Assembly (NCBI GenBank): GCA_035548315.1
Contig: DASZTF010000044.1
Coordinates: 31,484 to 95,483 of the forward strand
DNA from: Minisyncoccota bacterium
Lineage (GTDB): Bacteria > Patescibacteriota > Minisyncoccia > Phycocordibacterales > Phycocordibacteraceae
Length of the DNA: 64,000 nucleotides
Reading direction: 5' to 3'
Both the position numbers and the translations under genes were made by a program. The notes beneath the pieces are model-generated. The model was not told the origin of the DNA, searched no databases, and saw nothing but the letters and a program-made list of their open reading frames with translations. Positions 35,157 through 47,017 of the stretch are shown here, in pieces (position 1 is the stretch's first letter; every line of letters starts with the position of its first letter).

Positions 35157-38100
35157 ATGCAGAAAAAGGCCATGCCGGTGAAGACGTTCGGTGCATTTCG
35201 AGCCCCGCTCGTCGAATTCCCGGACTTCATCGCCCACCAGCGTGAATCGTTCGAGTGGCTCCTCAAAGAGGGATTCGCCGAACTCTTTAAGGAATTTTCT
35301 CCGATCCCGGACTATTCGGGTAAGAAGTTCGAACTTCGCATCGAAGACTTCGAAGTCGGTGAGCCTAAGTATGACGAGGAATACGCGCGCGAGAATATGC
35401 GCACGTACGAGGCACCGGTGAAGGTCTCGGTGAAACTCATTAATAAGACCCTCGGTACGGAAAAGACCCAGGACATCTTCCTCGCGGATCTCCCGATCAT
35501 GACGCCGCACGGCAGCTTCATCGTCTCAGGCGTGGAGCGCGCTATCGTGCCGCAGCTCGCGCGCTCGTTCGGTGCGTTCTTCACTTCCGAACTTCTGCGC
35601 GGCAAGCTCTATTATGGTGCGAAGATCATCCCGGCGCGCGGCGTGTGGATCGAGATCGACTCTGAAGCAGACGGCGCAATTTATGTGAAGATCGACCGCA
35701 AGCGCAAGTTCCCGGTCACCGACCTCCTCACGGTCTTCGGCGCTGGCGTCCGCGAAGAGGTCCTCAAGAAATTCATCGGTAACGACGCGGCAGTCGCTGC
35801 ACTCCAGACGACGCTTGCGCACGACACGGCGAAGTCCGTGGATGACGCCTACGTGGAGATCCACCGCCGCATGCGCGACGGCGACCTCGCAACTTCTGAC
35901 AACGCCCGCGATTACGTGAAGTCACTCTTCACGCCTGATCGCTATGACCTCTCGAAGGTCGGTCGCTACCGCTTGAACCAGCGCTTCGGCGAAGCCCTCA
36001 CCCCGAAGGCGCTCGAAGCACGCTCGCTCACGCTCGACGACCTCGTCCGCATTGTCGGTGAGATCGCGAAGCTCAACGTCGACCCGAATGCGAAGCTCGA
36101 CGACATCGACCACCTCGGTTTCCGCCGCGTCCGCTTTGTGGGTGAACTCCTCCAGGCACGCATGCGCGTGGGTATGAGCCGTATGAAGCGCAACATCCAG
36201 GACCGCATGTCCACGATCGAATCGGAGACTTCGCTCCCGATGGCATTCGTGAACCCGCGCCCGTTCCAGGCGTCGGTCCGCGAGTTCTTCACGGCCAACC
36301 AGCTCTCCCAGTTCATGGACCAGCAGAATATCCTCGCCGAACTCGAGCACCAACGTACATTCTCCGCGCTCGGTCCGGGAGGTCTCACACGCGAACGCGC
36401 TGGCTTTGAAGTGCGCGACGTGCACCCGAGCCACTACGGTCGCCTCTGTCCTATTCACACACCGGAAGGACAGAACATCGGCCTCATTCTGCGCATGGCC
36501 GTCCACGCTCGCACCAACGACTTTGGTGTGATCGAGACCCCGTACGCAAAGGTGAAGAAGGGTCAGGTCACCGATGAAATCATTTACCTCAACGCACTCG
36601 AAGAAGAAGAGCAGGTAATAGCGCACGCGGCGACCAAGCTCGACGAGAAGGGCCGCATCGCACTCGAGACCATCGAGGCACGCAAGGGCGGCGAGCCAGT
36701 CCTCGTCTCACGCGACGACGTGACCCTCGTCGACGTCTCGACCTACCAGATGTTCTCGATTGCGACCAACATGATTCCGTTCGTGGATCACGACGACAGT
36801 AACCGCGCGCTCATGGGTAGCAACATGCAGAAACAGGCGACGCCGGTCCTCATCCCAGAGGCGCCGCTCGTGGCGACCGGTATCGAAGAGCACGCAGCGC
36901 GCAACACGGGCCGCCTCATCATCGCTCACGAAGCGGGTGATGTGACCTATGCGGACGCGCGCAAGATCGTCGTCACAAACAAGGACGGCAAGAAGAAGGA
37001 GTACAAGCTGCAAGGCCTTACGCAGACCAACCAGAACTCGGCCTTCTACCAGCGTCCGATCGTGCGCCCCGGGGACAAGGTCAAGAAGGGAGAAGTGCTC
37101 GCCGATGCATCGTCCTCTGATCGCGGTCAGCTCGCGCTCGGCCAGAACGTGCGCGTAGCATTCATGAGCTGGAGCGGCGCGAACTACGAAGACGCTATCA
37201 TCGTCTCCGAGCGCCTCGTGGAGGACAGCAAGTTCACCACCCTCCATATCGAAGACTTCGAGTGCCTCGTGCGCGACACGAAGCTCGGTGCAGAAGTCAC
37301 GACACACGACATCCCGAACGTGGGTGAGATGCGCCTCAAGAACCTCGACGAGGAAGGCGTCGTGCGCATTGGTGCAGAGGTGCGACCGGGCGACATCCTC
37401 GTGGGTAAGGTCACGCCGAAGGGTGAGACTCAGCTCACACCAGAAGAGCGCCTCCTCCGCAGTATCTTCGGCGACAAGGCCAAGGACGTGAAGGACACCT
37501 CGCTCCGCATGGAAGGCGGTAAGCGCGGTCGTGTCATTGGCGTGCGCGTGTTCAGCCGCGAGAAGGGCGACCAGCTCGAGAGCGGTATCATCAAGAAGAT
37601 CGTCGTGACGGTGGCGCAGGTGCGTAACGTATCGGTGGGTGACAAGCTTGCCGGTCGCCACGGTAACAAGGGCGTGATCTCGCGCGTGCTTCCGGTGGAA
37701 GACATGCCGTACGACAAGGACGGTAACCCAGTCGACCTCATCCTCACGCCGCTTGGCGTGCCGAGCCGCATGAACCTCGGTCAGATTCTTGAGATGCACC
37801 TCGGTCTTGCTGCCAATACGCTCGGCTACCAGGCAGTTGTCCCGCCGTTCGTGGGTGCAACGGCTGATGAAATCGCCGACGAGCTCGAAGCTGCAGGCTT
37901 CTCGCGCTCGGGCAAGATGAAACTCTACGACGGTCGCACCGGAGAAACGTTTGGTCAGGACATCGCCGTGGGCTACATGTACGTCTTGAAGCTCCACCAC
38001 ATGGTGGAAGACAAGATCCACATGCGCTCCATTGGTCCCTACAGCCTGATCACCCAGCAGCCGCTCGGTGGTAAAGCACAGAACGGTGGTCAGCGCTTCG

Positions 38101-38336
38101 GAGAAATGGAAGTGTGGGCGCTCCTCGGCTACGGTTCTGCATACACGCTGCGCGAGATGCTCACTATTAAGTCAGACGACATCCAGGGCCGTTCTGCGGC
38201 ATTCGATGCCATCGTGAAATCGGAGCCGATAAGCCACGCGGGTACGCCGGCGTCGTTCTCCGTACTTACTAATCAGATCAGCGGTCTCGCGCTCGACGTC
38301 GACGTCGTCGAAGTGCCGCCGACCGATCTCGCCTAA
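35157..38336 (+). CDS. rpoB: RNA polymerase beta subunit (compact, 1059 aa)
   Basis: QLSQFMDQ, GFEVRDVHPSHYGRLCP, RALMGSNMQ, GDKLAGRHGNKG, PSRMN.GQ, GGQRFGEME. Confidence 0.99.
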   Translation: MQKKAMPVKTFGAFRAPLVEFPDFIAHQRESFEWLLKEGFAELFKEFSPIPDYSGKKFELRIEDFEVGEPKYDEEYARENMRTYEAPVKVSVKLINKTLGTEKTQDIFLADLPIMTPHGSFIVSGVERAIVPQLARSFGAFFTSELLRGKLYYGAKIIPARGVWIEIDSEADGAIYVKIDRKRKFPVTDLLTVFGAGVREEVLKKFIGNDAAVAALQTTLAHDTAKSVDDAYVEIHRRMRDGDLATSDNARDYVKSLFTPDRYDLSKVGRYRLNQRFGEALTPKALEARSLTLDDLVRIVGEIAKLNVDPNAKLDDIDHLGFRRVRFVGELLQARMRVGMSRMKRNIQDRMSTIESETSLPMAFVNPRPFQASVREFFTANQLSQFMDQQNILAELEHQRTFSALGPGGLTRERAGFEVRDVHPSHYGRLCPIHTPEGQNIGLILRMAVHARTNDFGVIETPYAKVKKGQVTDEIIYLNALEEEEQVIAHAATKLDEKGRIALETIEARKGGEPVLVSRDDVTLVDVSTYQMFSIATNMIPFVDHDDSNRALMGSNMQKQATPVLIPEAPLVATGIEEHAARNTGRLIIAHEAGDVTYADARKIVVTNKDGKKKEYKLQGLTQTNQNSAFYQRPIVRPGDKVKKGEVLADASSSDRGQLALGQNVRVAFMSWSGANYEDAIIVSERLVEDSKFTTLHIEDFECLVRDTKLGAEVTTHDIPNVGEMRLKNLDEEGVVRIGAEVRPGDILVGKVTPKGETQLTPEERLLRSIFGDKAKDVKDTSLRMEGGKRGRVIGVRVFSREKGDQLESGIIKKIVVTVAQVRNVSVGDKLAGRHGNKGVISRVLPVEDMPYDKDGNPVDLILTPLGVPSRMNLGQILEMHLGLAANTLGYQAVVPPFVGATADEIADELEAAGFSRSGKMKLYDGRTGETFGQDIAVGYMYVLKLHHMVEDKIHMRSIGPYSLITQQPLGGKAQNGGQRFGEMEVWALLGYGSAYTLREMLTIKSDDIQGRSAAFDAIVKSEPISHAGTPASFSVLTNQISGLALDVDVVEVPPTDLA

Positions 38337-38348
38337 CGCTTCACTTCT

Positions 38349-41300
38349 ATGGCACACACACCACGCAATCAGGGCAGGAAAGAAGACTGGGGCGCGATCC
38401 GTCTGTCGGTCGCATCGCCAGAACGCATCCTCCAGTGGAGTCACGGCGAAGTGACGAAGCCGGAGACGATCAACTACCGCACCCAGCGCTCGGAGAAGCA
38501 CGGTCTCTTCGATGAAAAGATCTTTGGCCCTGAAAAGGACTACGAGTGTTACTGCGGTAAGTACAAGGGCATCCGCTACAAGGGCATTGTTTGTGATAAG
38601 TGTGGCGTGGAAATCACACGCTCAATTGTGCGCCGCGAGCGCATGGGCCACATCGAGCTCGTGACGCCGGTCGCGCACATCTGGTACCTCCGCTCGGTCC
38701 CGAGCCGCATGGCGCTCCTCCTCGGTCTCTCGGCATCCGACCTCGAGAAAGTCGTCTACTTCGCGGGCTACATCGTCACCAAGGTGAACGAGGAGACCAA
38801 GAAGAAGCTCCTTTCTGAACTCGAGAGCGAGTACAAGAGCAAGTACAAGTCGACCGAAAAGGACGCAGACAAGGAAGCGCTCAAGGAACGCATGACGCTC
38901 GCGAAGGCCGAGATCGAATCGGTCGTCGTGGGCCGCGTATTCGATGAAATGGAGTACCACCACTTCTCCGTGAAGTACGGTACGCTCTTTGAAGCGCGCA
39001 TCGGCGCAGAAGCGATCTACGACATCTTCCGCGGTATCAACCTCAAGGAGCTCAAGGAGACGCTCGAGGCCCGCTACCAGAAGGCAGGTGCTGCAGAACG
39101 CGAGAAGCTCGCGAAGCGCATCAGCCTCGCGGCAGGCATGATCGCAGCGAACACCCGCCCCGAGTGGATGTTCCTCACGCGCATCCCGGTGATCCCGCCG
39201 GCGCTCCGTCCGATGGTGGCGCTCGAGGGTGGCCGCCACGCGACGAGCGACGTGAACGACCTCTACCGCCGCGTGATCAACCGCAACAACCGTCTCAAGA
39301 AGCTCCTCGACATCCACGCACCGGAAGTGATTCTCCGTAACGAAAAGCGCATCCTCCAGGAAGCAGTGGACGCACTCCTCGACAACTCCATCCGTAAGGG
39401 TGGTGCATCGGGTGGCGCGCTCACGCCGAGCCAGCGCCGTCCATTGAAGTCACTCGCCGACTACCTCAAGGGTAAGCAAGGGTACTTCCGCCAGAACCTC
39501 TTGGGTAAGCGCGTGGACTACTCGGGCCGCTCCGTGATCGTCGTGGGTCCTGATCTCGAGCTCGACCAGTGCGGTCTGCCGAAGCACATGGCGCTCGAGC
39601 TCTTCCGCCCATTCGTGATCGGCGGGCTCTTGAAGCGCGAGCTCGCGTTCAACATCCGCGGCGCAGGGCGCCTCATCGAAGACGGCGTGCCGGAAGTCTG
39701 GGAAATCCTCGAAGAAGTGATCCAGGGCAAGTACGTGCTCCTCAACCGCGCACCGACGCTCCACCGCCAGGGTATCCAGGCATTCCGCCCGCGCCTCATC
39801 GAAGGTGATGCGATCCAGCTGCACCCGCTCGTCTGTCACGCATTCAACGCTGACTTCGACGGTGACCAGATGGCCGTCCACGTGCCGCTTTCTGAAGAAG
39901 CACAGTGGGAAGCACGCGAAGTGATGAGCGCGAACAAGAACATCCTCAAGCCGGGTAACGGCGAAATGACGGTGCTTGCAGCTAAGCCGCAGGACATCAT
40001 TCTCGGTGTGTACTGGCTCACGAAGCTCGCACCGGGCGCAAAGGGCGAGGGCATGTACTTCCAGTCGCCGAATGCCGCGATCCTCGCGTACGAGTACGGC
40101 GCAGTCGACCTGCGTGCGAAAGTGCACGTGGCGCCGACGCCGGAGAAGGCGAAATACGCCGACTTTACGGAAGGTACCTTTGAGACCTCGGTCGGGCGTC
40201 TCCTCTTCAACACCGTGCTCCCGAGCGAGTATCCGTTCGTGAACGACGCAATCACCAAGAAGGTGCTTGCCCGCATCGTGAACGACTGCATCGCGCGCTA
40301 CGGTCTCGACCGCATCCCGGATATCGTGAACAAGGTGAAGCGTTTCGGGTTCGAGTATGCGACCAAGTCGGGCGTGACCTTCGCGATGAGCGAAGTGCTC
40401 GTGCCGGAAGCCAAGCAGGACATCATCAAAGCGACCGAGAAAAAGGTGGAAGGCATCGAGGATAACTTCCGCGATGGCCTCCTCTCGGAAGACGAAAAGC
40501 GTCGCATGGTGATCGAGGCATGGCAGGGCGCGAAGGGTGAGATCGAAAAGATCGTGGCCGAGACGATGAACCCGATGGGTTCCATGTCGGACATGGTGGT
40601 CTCCGGCGCCCGCGGTTCTATGGGCCAGGTGACGCAGATGGTGGGTATCAAGGGCCTCATCCAGAACACCGCTGGCGAGACGATCGAGGTGCCTATTACC
40701 TCGAGCATGGCAGAAGGGCTCAACCCGATTGAGTACTTCATGTCCACGCACGGTGCGCGTAAGGGTCTCACCGACACCGCGCTTGGTACGGCACGCGCAG
40801 GATACCTGACGCGCCGCCTCTTCGACGTCGCGCAGGACTCGATCATTACCGAGAAGGATTGCGGCACTAAGCGCGGTGTGCAGATCAGCCGCGTATCCGC
40901 ATCCGGTATTCAGGTAGACTTCGCCGACGCGGTCCGTGGTCGCGTGCTTGCGGAAGACGCCGGTAGCTTCAAGAAGAATCACTACCTCACCGCAGAGGAC
41001 GCCCGCGTACTCGCAAACGACAACTCGATCCCGTCCGTACTCATGCGCTCCCCGATGAGCTGTGAGACGCGCTTCGGCATCTGCGCAGCTTGCTACGGCA
41101 TGGACCTCACCACACAGGAACTCGTAGACTTGGGCGAGGCAGTCGGTACCGTGGCCGCACAGGCTATCGGTGAACCGGGCACGCAGCTCACGATGCGCAC
41201 CTTCCACTCGGGCGGCGTGGCATCGGTCGGCGGCGACATCACGCAGGGTCTCCCGCGCGTGGAAGAAGTGTTCGAGAAGCGCACGCCGAAGAATCCTGCG

Positions 41301-42047
41301 ATCGTGAGTAAGACCGATGGTATGGTCGTCGAGATCCGCGAAGCGGGTCGCGAGAAGGTCATCGTCGTCGTACCGGAAGTGGGGCAGGGCAAGAAGGACG
41401 GCTCGGCAAGCGAGTACGTCGCTATCTATCCTCGCCAGGCACTCGTGAAGGCGGGCGATAAGGTCACGAAGGGCCAGCTGCTTACCGATGGATCGGTGGA
41501 CCTCGACGAGCTCTTCGAGTACGCTGGGCGCGCGGTCGTGCAGGAGTACATCATCACGGAAACGGCGAAGATCTACGAGCTCCAGGGCGCATCGGTGTCG
41601 CGCAAGCACATCGAGGTGATCGTGAAGCAGATGTTCAACCGCGTGAAGATCACCGAGATCGGTGAGACCGAGTATTCGGTCGGCGACGTGATCGAAGACT
41701 GGGAGTACGCAGCAGCACTTGCGGAAGCGAAGAAGGAAGGCAAGGAAGCGCCGAAGGCAAAGGAAATCGTCCTTGGTATCAAGGAGTCCGCACTCAGTCG
41801 CCGCTCGTTCCTCTCGGCAGCGTCGTTCGAACAGACCACGAAGATCCTCATCAACGCAGCCCTCAAGGGTTCCGTGGATACGCTCCGTGGTCTGAAAGAA
41901 AATGTGATCCTCGGTCGCCTCATCCCGGCGGGTACTGGATTCGCTCAGTCGAAGAAGCACGCTTCAATCAAGAAGCTGCAGGCTGAGCGCCCAGCGCCAG
42001 TCATGGAAGAGCGCAGTTTCACCGCCAAGTTCCCGGCAAAGTCCTAA
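38349..42047 (+). CDS. rpoC: RNA polymerase beta' subunit
   Basis: CYCGKY..CDKC zinc ribbon, [51 protein letters not shown]. Confidence 0.99.
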   Translation: MAHTPRNQGRKEDWGAIRLSVASPERILQWSHGEVTKPETINYRTQRSEKHGLFDEKIFGPEKDYECYCGKYKGIRYKGIVCDKCGVEITRSIVRRERMGHIELVTPVAHIWYLRSVPSRMALLLGLSASDLEKVVYFAGYIVTKVNEETKKKLLSELESEYKSKYKSTEKDADKEALKERMTLAKAEIESVVVGRVFDEMEYHHFSVKYGTLFEARIGAEAIYDIFRGINLKELKETLEARYQKAGAAEREKLAKRISLAAGMIAANTRPEWMFLTRIPVIPPALRPMVALEGGRHATSDVNDLYRRVINRNNRLKKLLDIHAPEVILRNEKRILQEAVDALLDNSIRKGGASGGALTPSQRRPLKSLADYLKGKQGYFRQNLLGKRVDYSGRSVIVVGPDLELDQCGLPKHMALELFRPFVIGGLLKRELAFNIRGAGRLIEDGVPEVWEILEEVIQGKYVLLNRAPTLHRQGIQAFRPRLIEGDAIQLHPLVCHAFNADFDGDQMAVHVPLSEEAQWEAREVMSANKNILKPGNGEMTVLAAKPQDIILGVYWLTKLAPGAKGEGMYFQSPNAAILAYEYGAVDLRAKVHVAPTPEKAKYADFTEGTFETSVGRLLFNTVLPSEYPFVNDAITKKVLARIVNDCIARYGLDRIPDIVNKVKRFGFEYATKSGVTFAMSEVLVPEAKQDIIKATEKKVEGIEDNFRDGLLSEDEKRRMVIEAWQGAKGEIEKIVAETMNPMGSMSDMVVSGARGSMGQVTQMVGIKGLIQNTAGETIEVPITSSMAEGLNPIEYFMSTHGARKGLTDTALGTARAGYLTRRLFDVAQDSIITEKDCGTKRGVQISRVSASGIQVDFADAVRGRVLAEDAGSFKKNHYLTAEDARVLANDNSIPSVLMRSPMSCETRFGICAACYGMDLTTQELVDLGEAVGTVAAQAIGEPGTQLTMRTFHSGGVASVGGDITQGLPRVEEVFEKRTPKNPAIVSKTDGMVVEIREAGREKVIVVVPEVGQGKKDGSASEYVAIYPRQALVKAGDKVTKGQLLTDGSVDLDELFEYAGRAVVQEYIITETAKIYELQGASVSRKHIEVIVKQMFNRVKITEIGETEYSVGDVIEDWEYAAALAEAKKEGKEAPKAKEIVLGIKESALSRRSFLSAASFEQTTKILINAALKGSVDTLRGLKENVILGRLIPAGTGFAQSKKHASIKKLQAERPAPVMEERSFTAKFPAKS

Positions 42048-42067
42048 TTAATTACAAAATAGGGAAC

Positions 42068-42097
42068 ACAGCGCCGCCCCGTGAGGGGCGGCGCTGT
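42068..42097 (+). terminator. Hairpin terminator after rpoC, overlapping the next promoter
   Basis: acagcgccgcccc-gtga-ggggcggcgctgt. Confidence 0.75.
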
Positions 42098-42111
42098 TGT
42101 ATACTTTCCGG

Positions 42112-42414
42112 ATGAACCACGAACCCCGCTCGCAAGCGTCGCTCGAAAACCTCACCGAAATGGTGGTGGATTTAACAGGTGCAGTGCAGGAAGGATTTAC
42201 TCGAGTCGAGAAAAGTATTGAAGTACTTCACGAAGGCCAGGAGAATCTGAAAGAACGTGTGGGTGTCCTCGAGGGCACCGTAGGGAAATTGGTAGTCAAA
42301 GTTGATGAAATGTCCGATGCGCTGGATGGCTTGGCCCGCGCAGTGGATAAAGACGCCGTTACACTCGTAAATCACGAAGGCCGCATCGCCCGCCTCGAGA
42401 AAGCCGCAGCATAA
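42112..42414 (+). CDS. Small coiled-coil hypothetical protein
   Basis: Heptad pattern (VQEGFTRVE...HEGRIARLEK); TATACT 6 nt before the ATG. Confidence 0.75.
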   Translation: MNHEPRSQASLENLTEMVVDLTGAVQEGFTRVEKSIEVLHEGQENLKERVGVLEGTVGKLVVKVDEMSDALDGLARAVDKDAVTLVNHEGRIARLEKAAA

Positions 42415-42463
42415 ACAAAAACGGCGCAGAGAGTTCCCTCTCCGCACCGCTCGTAGTGCCAAC

Positions 42464-42646
42464 TTACCATCGGCACAGTTTCGTACCGGGGATATGTTCA
42501 TAGCCGCCGGGGCACATTGCTGGACGGTAGCCGGTCGCTGGGACTTGAGCAACCAACTTCGGACCAGTTGTGGATCCAATAGCGGCTGGGATCGCAATCG
42601 CCCCAATGAGAGCGAGAGCTATTCCAAAACGAGACAAAGGACTCAT
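42464..42646 (-). CDS. Small exported peptide with C-terminal Cys pair
   Basis: TTGACA-17-TAAAGT promoter, AGGAGG SD, MSPLSRFGIALALIGAIAIPAAIG...CPGGYEHIPGTKLCRW, terminator at about 42449-42412. Confidence 0.7.
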   Translation of the reverse strand: MSPLSRFGIALALIGAIAIPAAIGSTTGPKLVAQVPATGYRPAMCPGGYEHIPGTKLCRW

Positions 42647-42731
42647 ATGAACGCCTCCTGCTTGGTCAAAGTACTTTATAAACATAATGATTCTTTGTCA
42701 AGTATCAGAAACAAGCGTAAAATTGGGAGAA

Positions 42732-44411
42732 ATGGCGGGGGATACGGTACAGCAGGTGAAGGAGAAACTGTCGATTGTCGACGTGATTTCGCCGTATGTG
42801 AAGCTCGCTCGGGCGGGGAAGTACTGGAAGGGGCTCTCGCCCTTTAATAAGGAAAAGACGCCGAGTTTCTATGTGAACATTGAGCGCCAGAGCTACTACT
42901 GCTTCTCAAGTAATCAGGGCGGCGATATGTTCACATTCATCCAGGCGATGGAGGGTGTCGACTTCAAAGGCGCACTGAAAATTCTCGCGGAGAAAGCGGG
43001 TGTGGAAATTGAATATTCTGGCCCGGGGAAAGGGAAGGAGCATAAAGAAAAAGAAGAGCGCGAGCGCGAAGCGCTCGCGCGGGCTGAGCAATTCTTCGTC
43101 CGTAATCTCACGGAAAATTCACCGGCGTACGCCTACGCTCTTAAACGCGGGCTTTCACCTGCTACTATCGCGAGCTGGAATTTGGGTGTCGCACCTGACA
43201 CCTGGCGCGGACTGCTCGATGAGCTTACCGCTGCAGGATTTACCAATCCCGAACTCATCGCAGCCGGCCTTATCAAAGAAGCCGACGGGAAACCCGGCAC
43301 CTACTATGATCGATTCCGTAATCGCTTGATGTTCCCGATCAAGGACGCGGCGGGCCGCACGGTGGCATTTACCGGCCGTGCGCTCGACCCGGATGATCAG
43401 GCAAAGTACCTCAACTCACCAGAAACGGACCTCTACAAGAAATCCAAGATTCTCTTTGCGATGGATCGGGCAAAGGACGCCATCCGCCAGCGGCAGTTTG
43501 CGCTCCTCATGGAAGGGCAGATGGATGTGATTCACGCGCATCAGGCAGGATTCACGAACACTGTGGCGCTTTCGGGCACTGCGCTCACCGATGAGCACCT
43601 TTCGCTTATCAAACGCTACTCCGAGAACTTGATGCTGTGTCTTGATGCCGATCGTGCCGGGCTCGCCGCGACACAGAAGCACGCGCTCGCGGCGCTCCGC
43701 CACGGTTTGCGAGTAAAGGCAGTGCGGCTTCCAAAAGGCAAAGACCCGGCAGATCTCATCTCGGAAGACCCAAAGGAATTCACCAAACGTGTCGCAGACG
43801 CGGAACCGGTCATCGAGTTTTTCCTCGCAGTGCTCGCGGAAGCGGAGCCGGACCCGCACCGGCTCGTGCTCCATAGCGAGAAAATCGTGCTGCCGCTGCT
43901 TGCCGCTGTTAAGAGTCCGATGGAGCGGGATCACTTTGTGGGGGTGATCGCCCGTGCGACGGGGCTTACGCCGGAGTCGATCCGCGCTGGGCTTGCTGCG
44001 GTACCCAAAGACGCCATGGGGGCAGAATCACCGAGCAGGGCGCCTGTGCCGGCTGCTAAAGACGAGCCCGTCACCGACCTCATGCGCCTCACCGCAATTG
44101 TAGAGGTGTACCCGGCGAGCCACCTTGCCGAACGAGTAAAAAGTGAGTATACTCGCATCACGGGTGCGACGATGCCAGAGGAGGCAAGTCCCGAACGTGT
44201 CTCATTTGAGACCGGGATACTCTACGGAGAAGCTCCTCTTGAGCGCGCCGCCGATGATGTACTCAAACGATTTGAACGGGCGACTCTGACCCGGAGGTAC
44301 GAAGAGGCACTGACCGAGCTCCGCCGCGCAGAACGCGCAGGAGACCAGGACGCCATTTCTGCCGCAGAGGCTTCGTGCGACAAACTTATGAAGACGATCG
44401 CGACTCTCTGA
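42732..44411 (+). CDS. dnaG: DNA primase
   Basis: PF..EKTPSF, DRFRNRLMFPI, GRA...KYLNSPET, EGQMDV, DADRAG, KDPAD. Confidence 0.97.
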   Translation: MAGDTVQQVKEKLSIVDVISPYVKLARAGKYWKGLSPFNKEKTPSFYVNIERQSYYCFSSNQGGDMFTFIQAMEGVDFKGALKILAEKAGVEIEYSGPGKGKEHKEKEEREREALARAEQFFVRNLTENSPAYAYALKRGLSPATIASWNLGVAPDTWRGLLDELTAAGFTNPELIAAGLIKEADGKPGTYYDRFRNRLMFPIKDAAGRTVAFTGRALDPDDQAKYLNSPETDLYKKSKILFAMDRAKDAIRQRQFALLMEGQMDVIHAHQAGFTNTVALSGTALTDEHLSLIKRYSENLMLCLDADRAGLAATQKHALAALRHGLRVKAVRLPKGKDPADLISEDPKEFTKRVADAEPVIEFFLAVLAEAEPDPHRLVLHSEKIVLPLLAAVKSPMERDHFVGVIARATGLTPESIRAGLAAVPKDAMGAESPSRAPVPAAKDEPVTDLMRLTAIVEVYPASHLAERVKSEYTRITGATMPEEASPERVSFETGILYGEAPLERAADDVLKRFERATLTRRYEEALTELRRAERAGDQDAISAAEASCDKLMKTIATL

Positions 44412-44441
44412 CGCGCTGGTCGTATAGTTTCCATTCCATAC

Positions 44442-45674
<1,233 letters not shown>

Positions 45675-45697
45675 AGACTCAAATACGTAAACGGCGC

Positions 45698-46039
45698 CTA
45701 CCTCCTGGGGCGCCGTTTTGTGTTAATGTGTGCAGTTGTCTTCTTGTCGCGAAGTGCGCGGAGCTCGTCCCACGGGATATCCACGCCGCTATTGTCTGTC
45801 CTACAGAGCAATGCCCGGGGACGAATGGTTTGCAGATGTCCGTTCTTGAGCACTTTGTACTTGCGATCGACGAACGCCACCACGCAGGCTTTTGCAGCTC
45901 TGTGGTCCTTCGCATAGAACGTAAGGGTACGCATCACCGACCCTAAGTTGTGTTCGACCAGGTCCCCGGCACTTGAACGGCGATGGACGGTCTTACCCAA
46001 CGGTTGGTCGTACTCCAAGTAATACTCGATTTCAGCCAC
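45698..46039 (-). CDS. Hypothetical protein
   Basis: 113 aa ORF with GTG start after a GGGAGGG SD; no recognisable motif. Confidence 0.55.
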   Translation of the reverse strand: MAEIEYYLEYDQPLGKTVHRRSSAGDLVEHNLGSVMRTLTFYAKDHRAAKACVVAFVDRKYKVLKNGHLQTIRPRALLCRTDNSGVDIPWDELRALRDKKTTAHINTKRRPRR

Positions 46040-46138
46040 GTTTTACCCTCCCAAACTCGGCTACTTCCCACCTTACGCCTCTATACACGAGAGCGCAATG
46101 GTCAGTACAAAAGTCAAACAGCGTATACTACAAGGGCA

Positions 46139-47017
46139 ATGGCACGGGAAAGCGCCCGCAAGAAACCTCGAGTGTCGAGAATGAAGAAGCTCCCGATCAA
46201 GCACTGGAGCCACTCGAGCCTCATGGCGTACCTGCGGAACCCACTGGCCTGGTACAAGCGGTACGTGGAGGAGGTCTACGACACGCCCTCGACCCCGTCG
46301 TCGGTGATCGGCCGGGCGGCCCACTACGCGATGGAGCTCTACTACACCGGCCGTCCTAAGGAAGAGGCAGTCGCACGCGGGAAGGAATATATGCGCGGCG
46401 TGTCGGACTTCGAGATCAACTTCGGCCGCGCGAAGAGCAAGAAAGCGAAGAAAGAAAAGCGCGCCGCGATGGAGCGTGAGTACGAACAGGCGGTGCGATT
46501 CTATCTCGAGAAACCGCCGCGGCACCGCGTGGTGGGCGTGGAAGTGCGCGGGCTCGTGCAAGTAGAAGGCCTCCCGCTCCCGATCAAAGCAATATCGGAC
46601 CTCGTGGTGGAGTCGAGGGCGGAGAAGGGAGCGCTCGACATCGTGGACCATAAATTCGTCGACTCGTTCAGCGTCAAGAAAGAGGCGAAGGCGCTGTTCA
46701 TCATTCAAGCGATTTTCAACTACTACACCATACGCGAGCTGTATGGGAAGCCGGTGCGCCGGTTCATCGTGTACGAGTGCAAGAAGTCGCGGAACGCGGG
46801 CGGGCAGCCCCAGCTGCGCCGCTATGTGATCGATTACCGGGACGCCGGAGAATACTTCGCGCTTTTCCACCGGCTCGTGAACGACGCGACCGAGGAGTTG
46901 CGCTATCGGCGTGTATTCTTGCCGAACCCCTCTGACATGTTCGAGGGCGATCATTCGTTCGACCTCTACCGGCTCGATCTCGCTGGTGATGAGACAGAGG
47001 ACGATGTCCGTGATTAG
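46139..47017 (+). CDS. PD-(D/E)XK nuclease family protein (RecB/AddB nuclease-like)
   Basis: WSHSSL..Y..NP..WY..YV, G...H, VE, AISDLV, IVDHK, Q..YY; no Fe-S cysteines. Confidence 0.8.
   Translation: MARESARKKPRVSRMKKLPIKHWSHSSLMAYLRNPLAWYKRYVEEVYDTPSTPSSVIGRAAHYAMELYYTGRPKEEAVARGKEYMRGVSDFEINFGRAKSKKAKKEKRAAMEREYEQAVRFYLEKPPRHRVVGVEVRGLVQVEGLPLPIKAISDLVVESRAEKGALDIVDHKFVDSFSVKKEAKALFIIQAIFNYYTIRELYGKPVRRFIVYECKKSRNAGGQPQLRRYVIDYRDAGEYFALFHRLVNDATEELRYRRVFLPNPSDMFEGDHSFDLYRLDLAGDETEDDVRD

Noticed and set aside
46139-47017. PD-(D/E)XK nuclease as Cas4 of a CRISPR system
   Set aside because: No four-Cys Fe-S motif, no other cas genes and no repeat-spacer array
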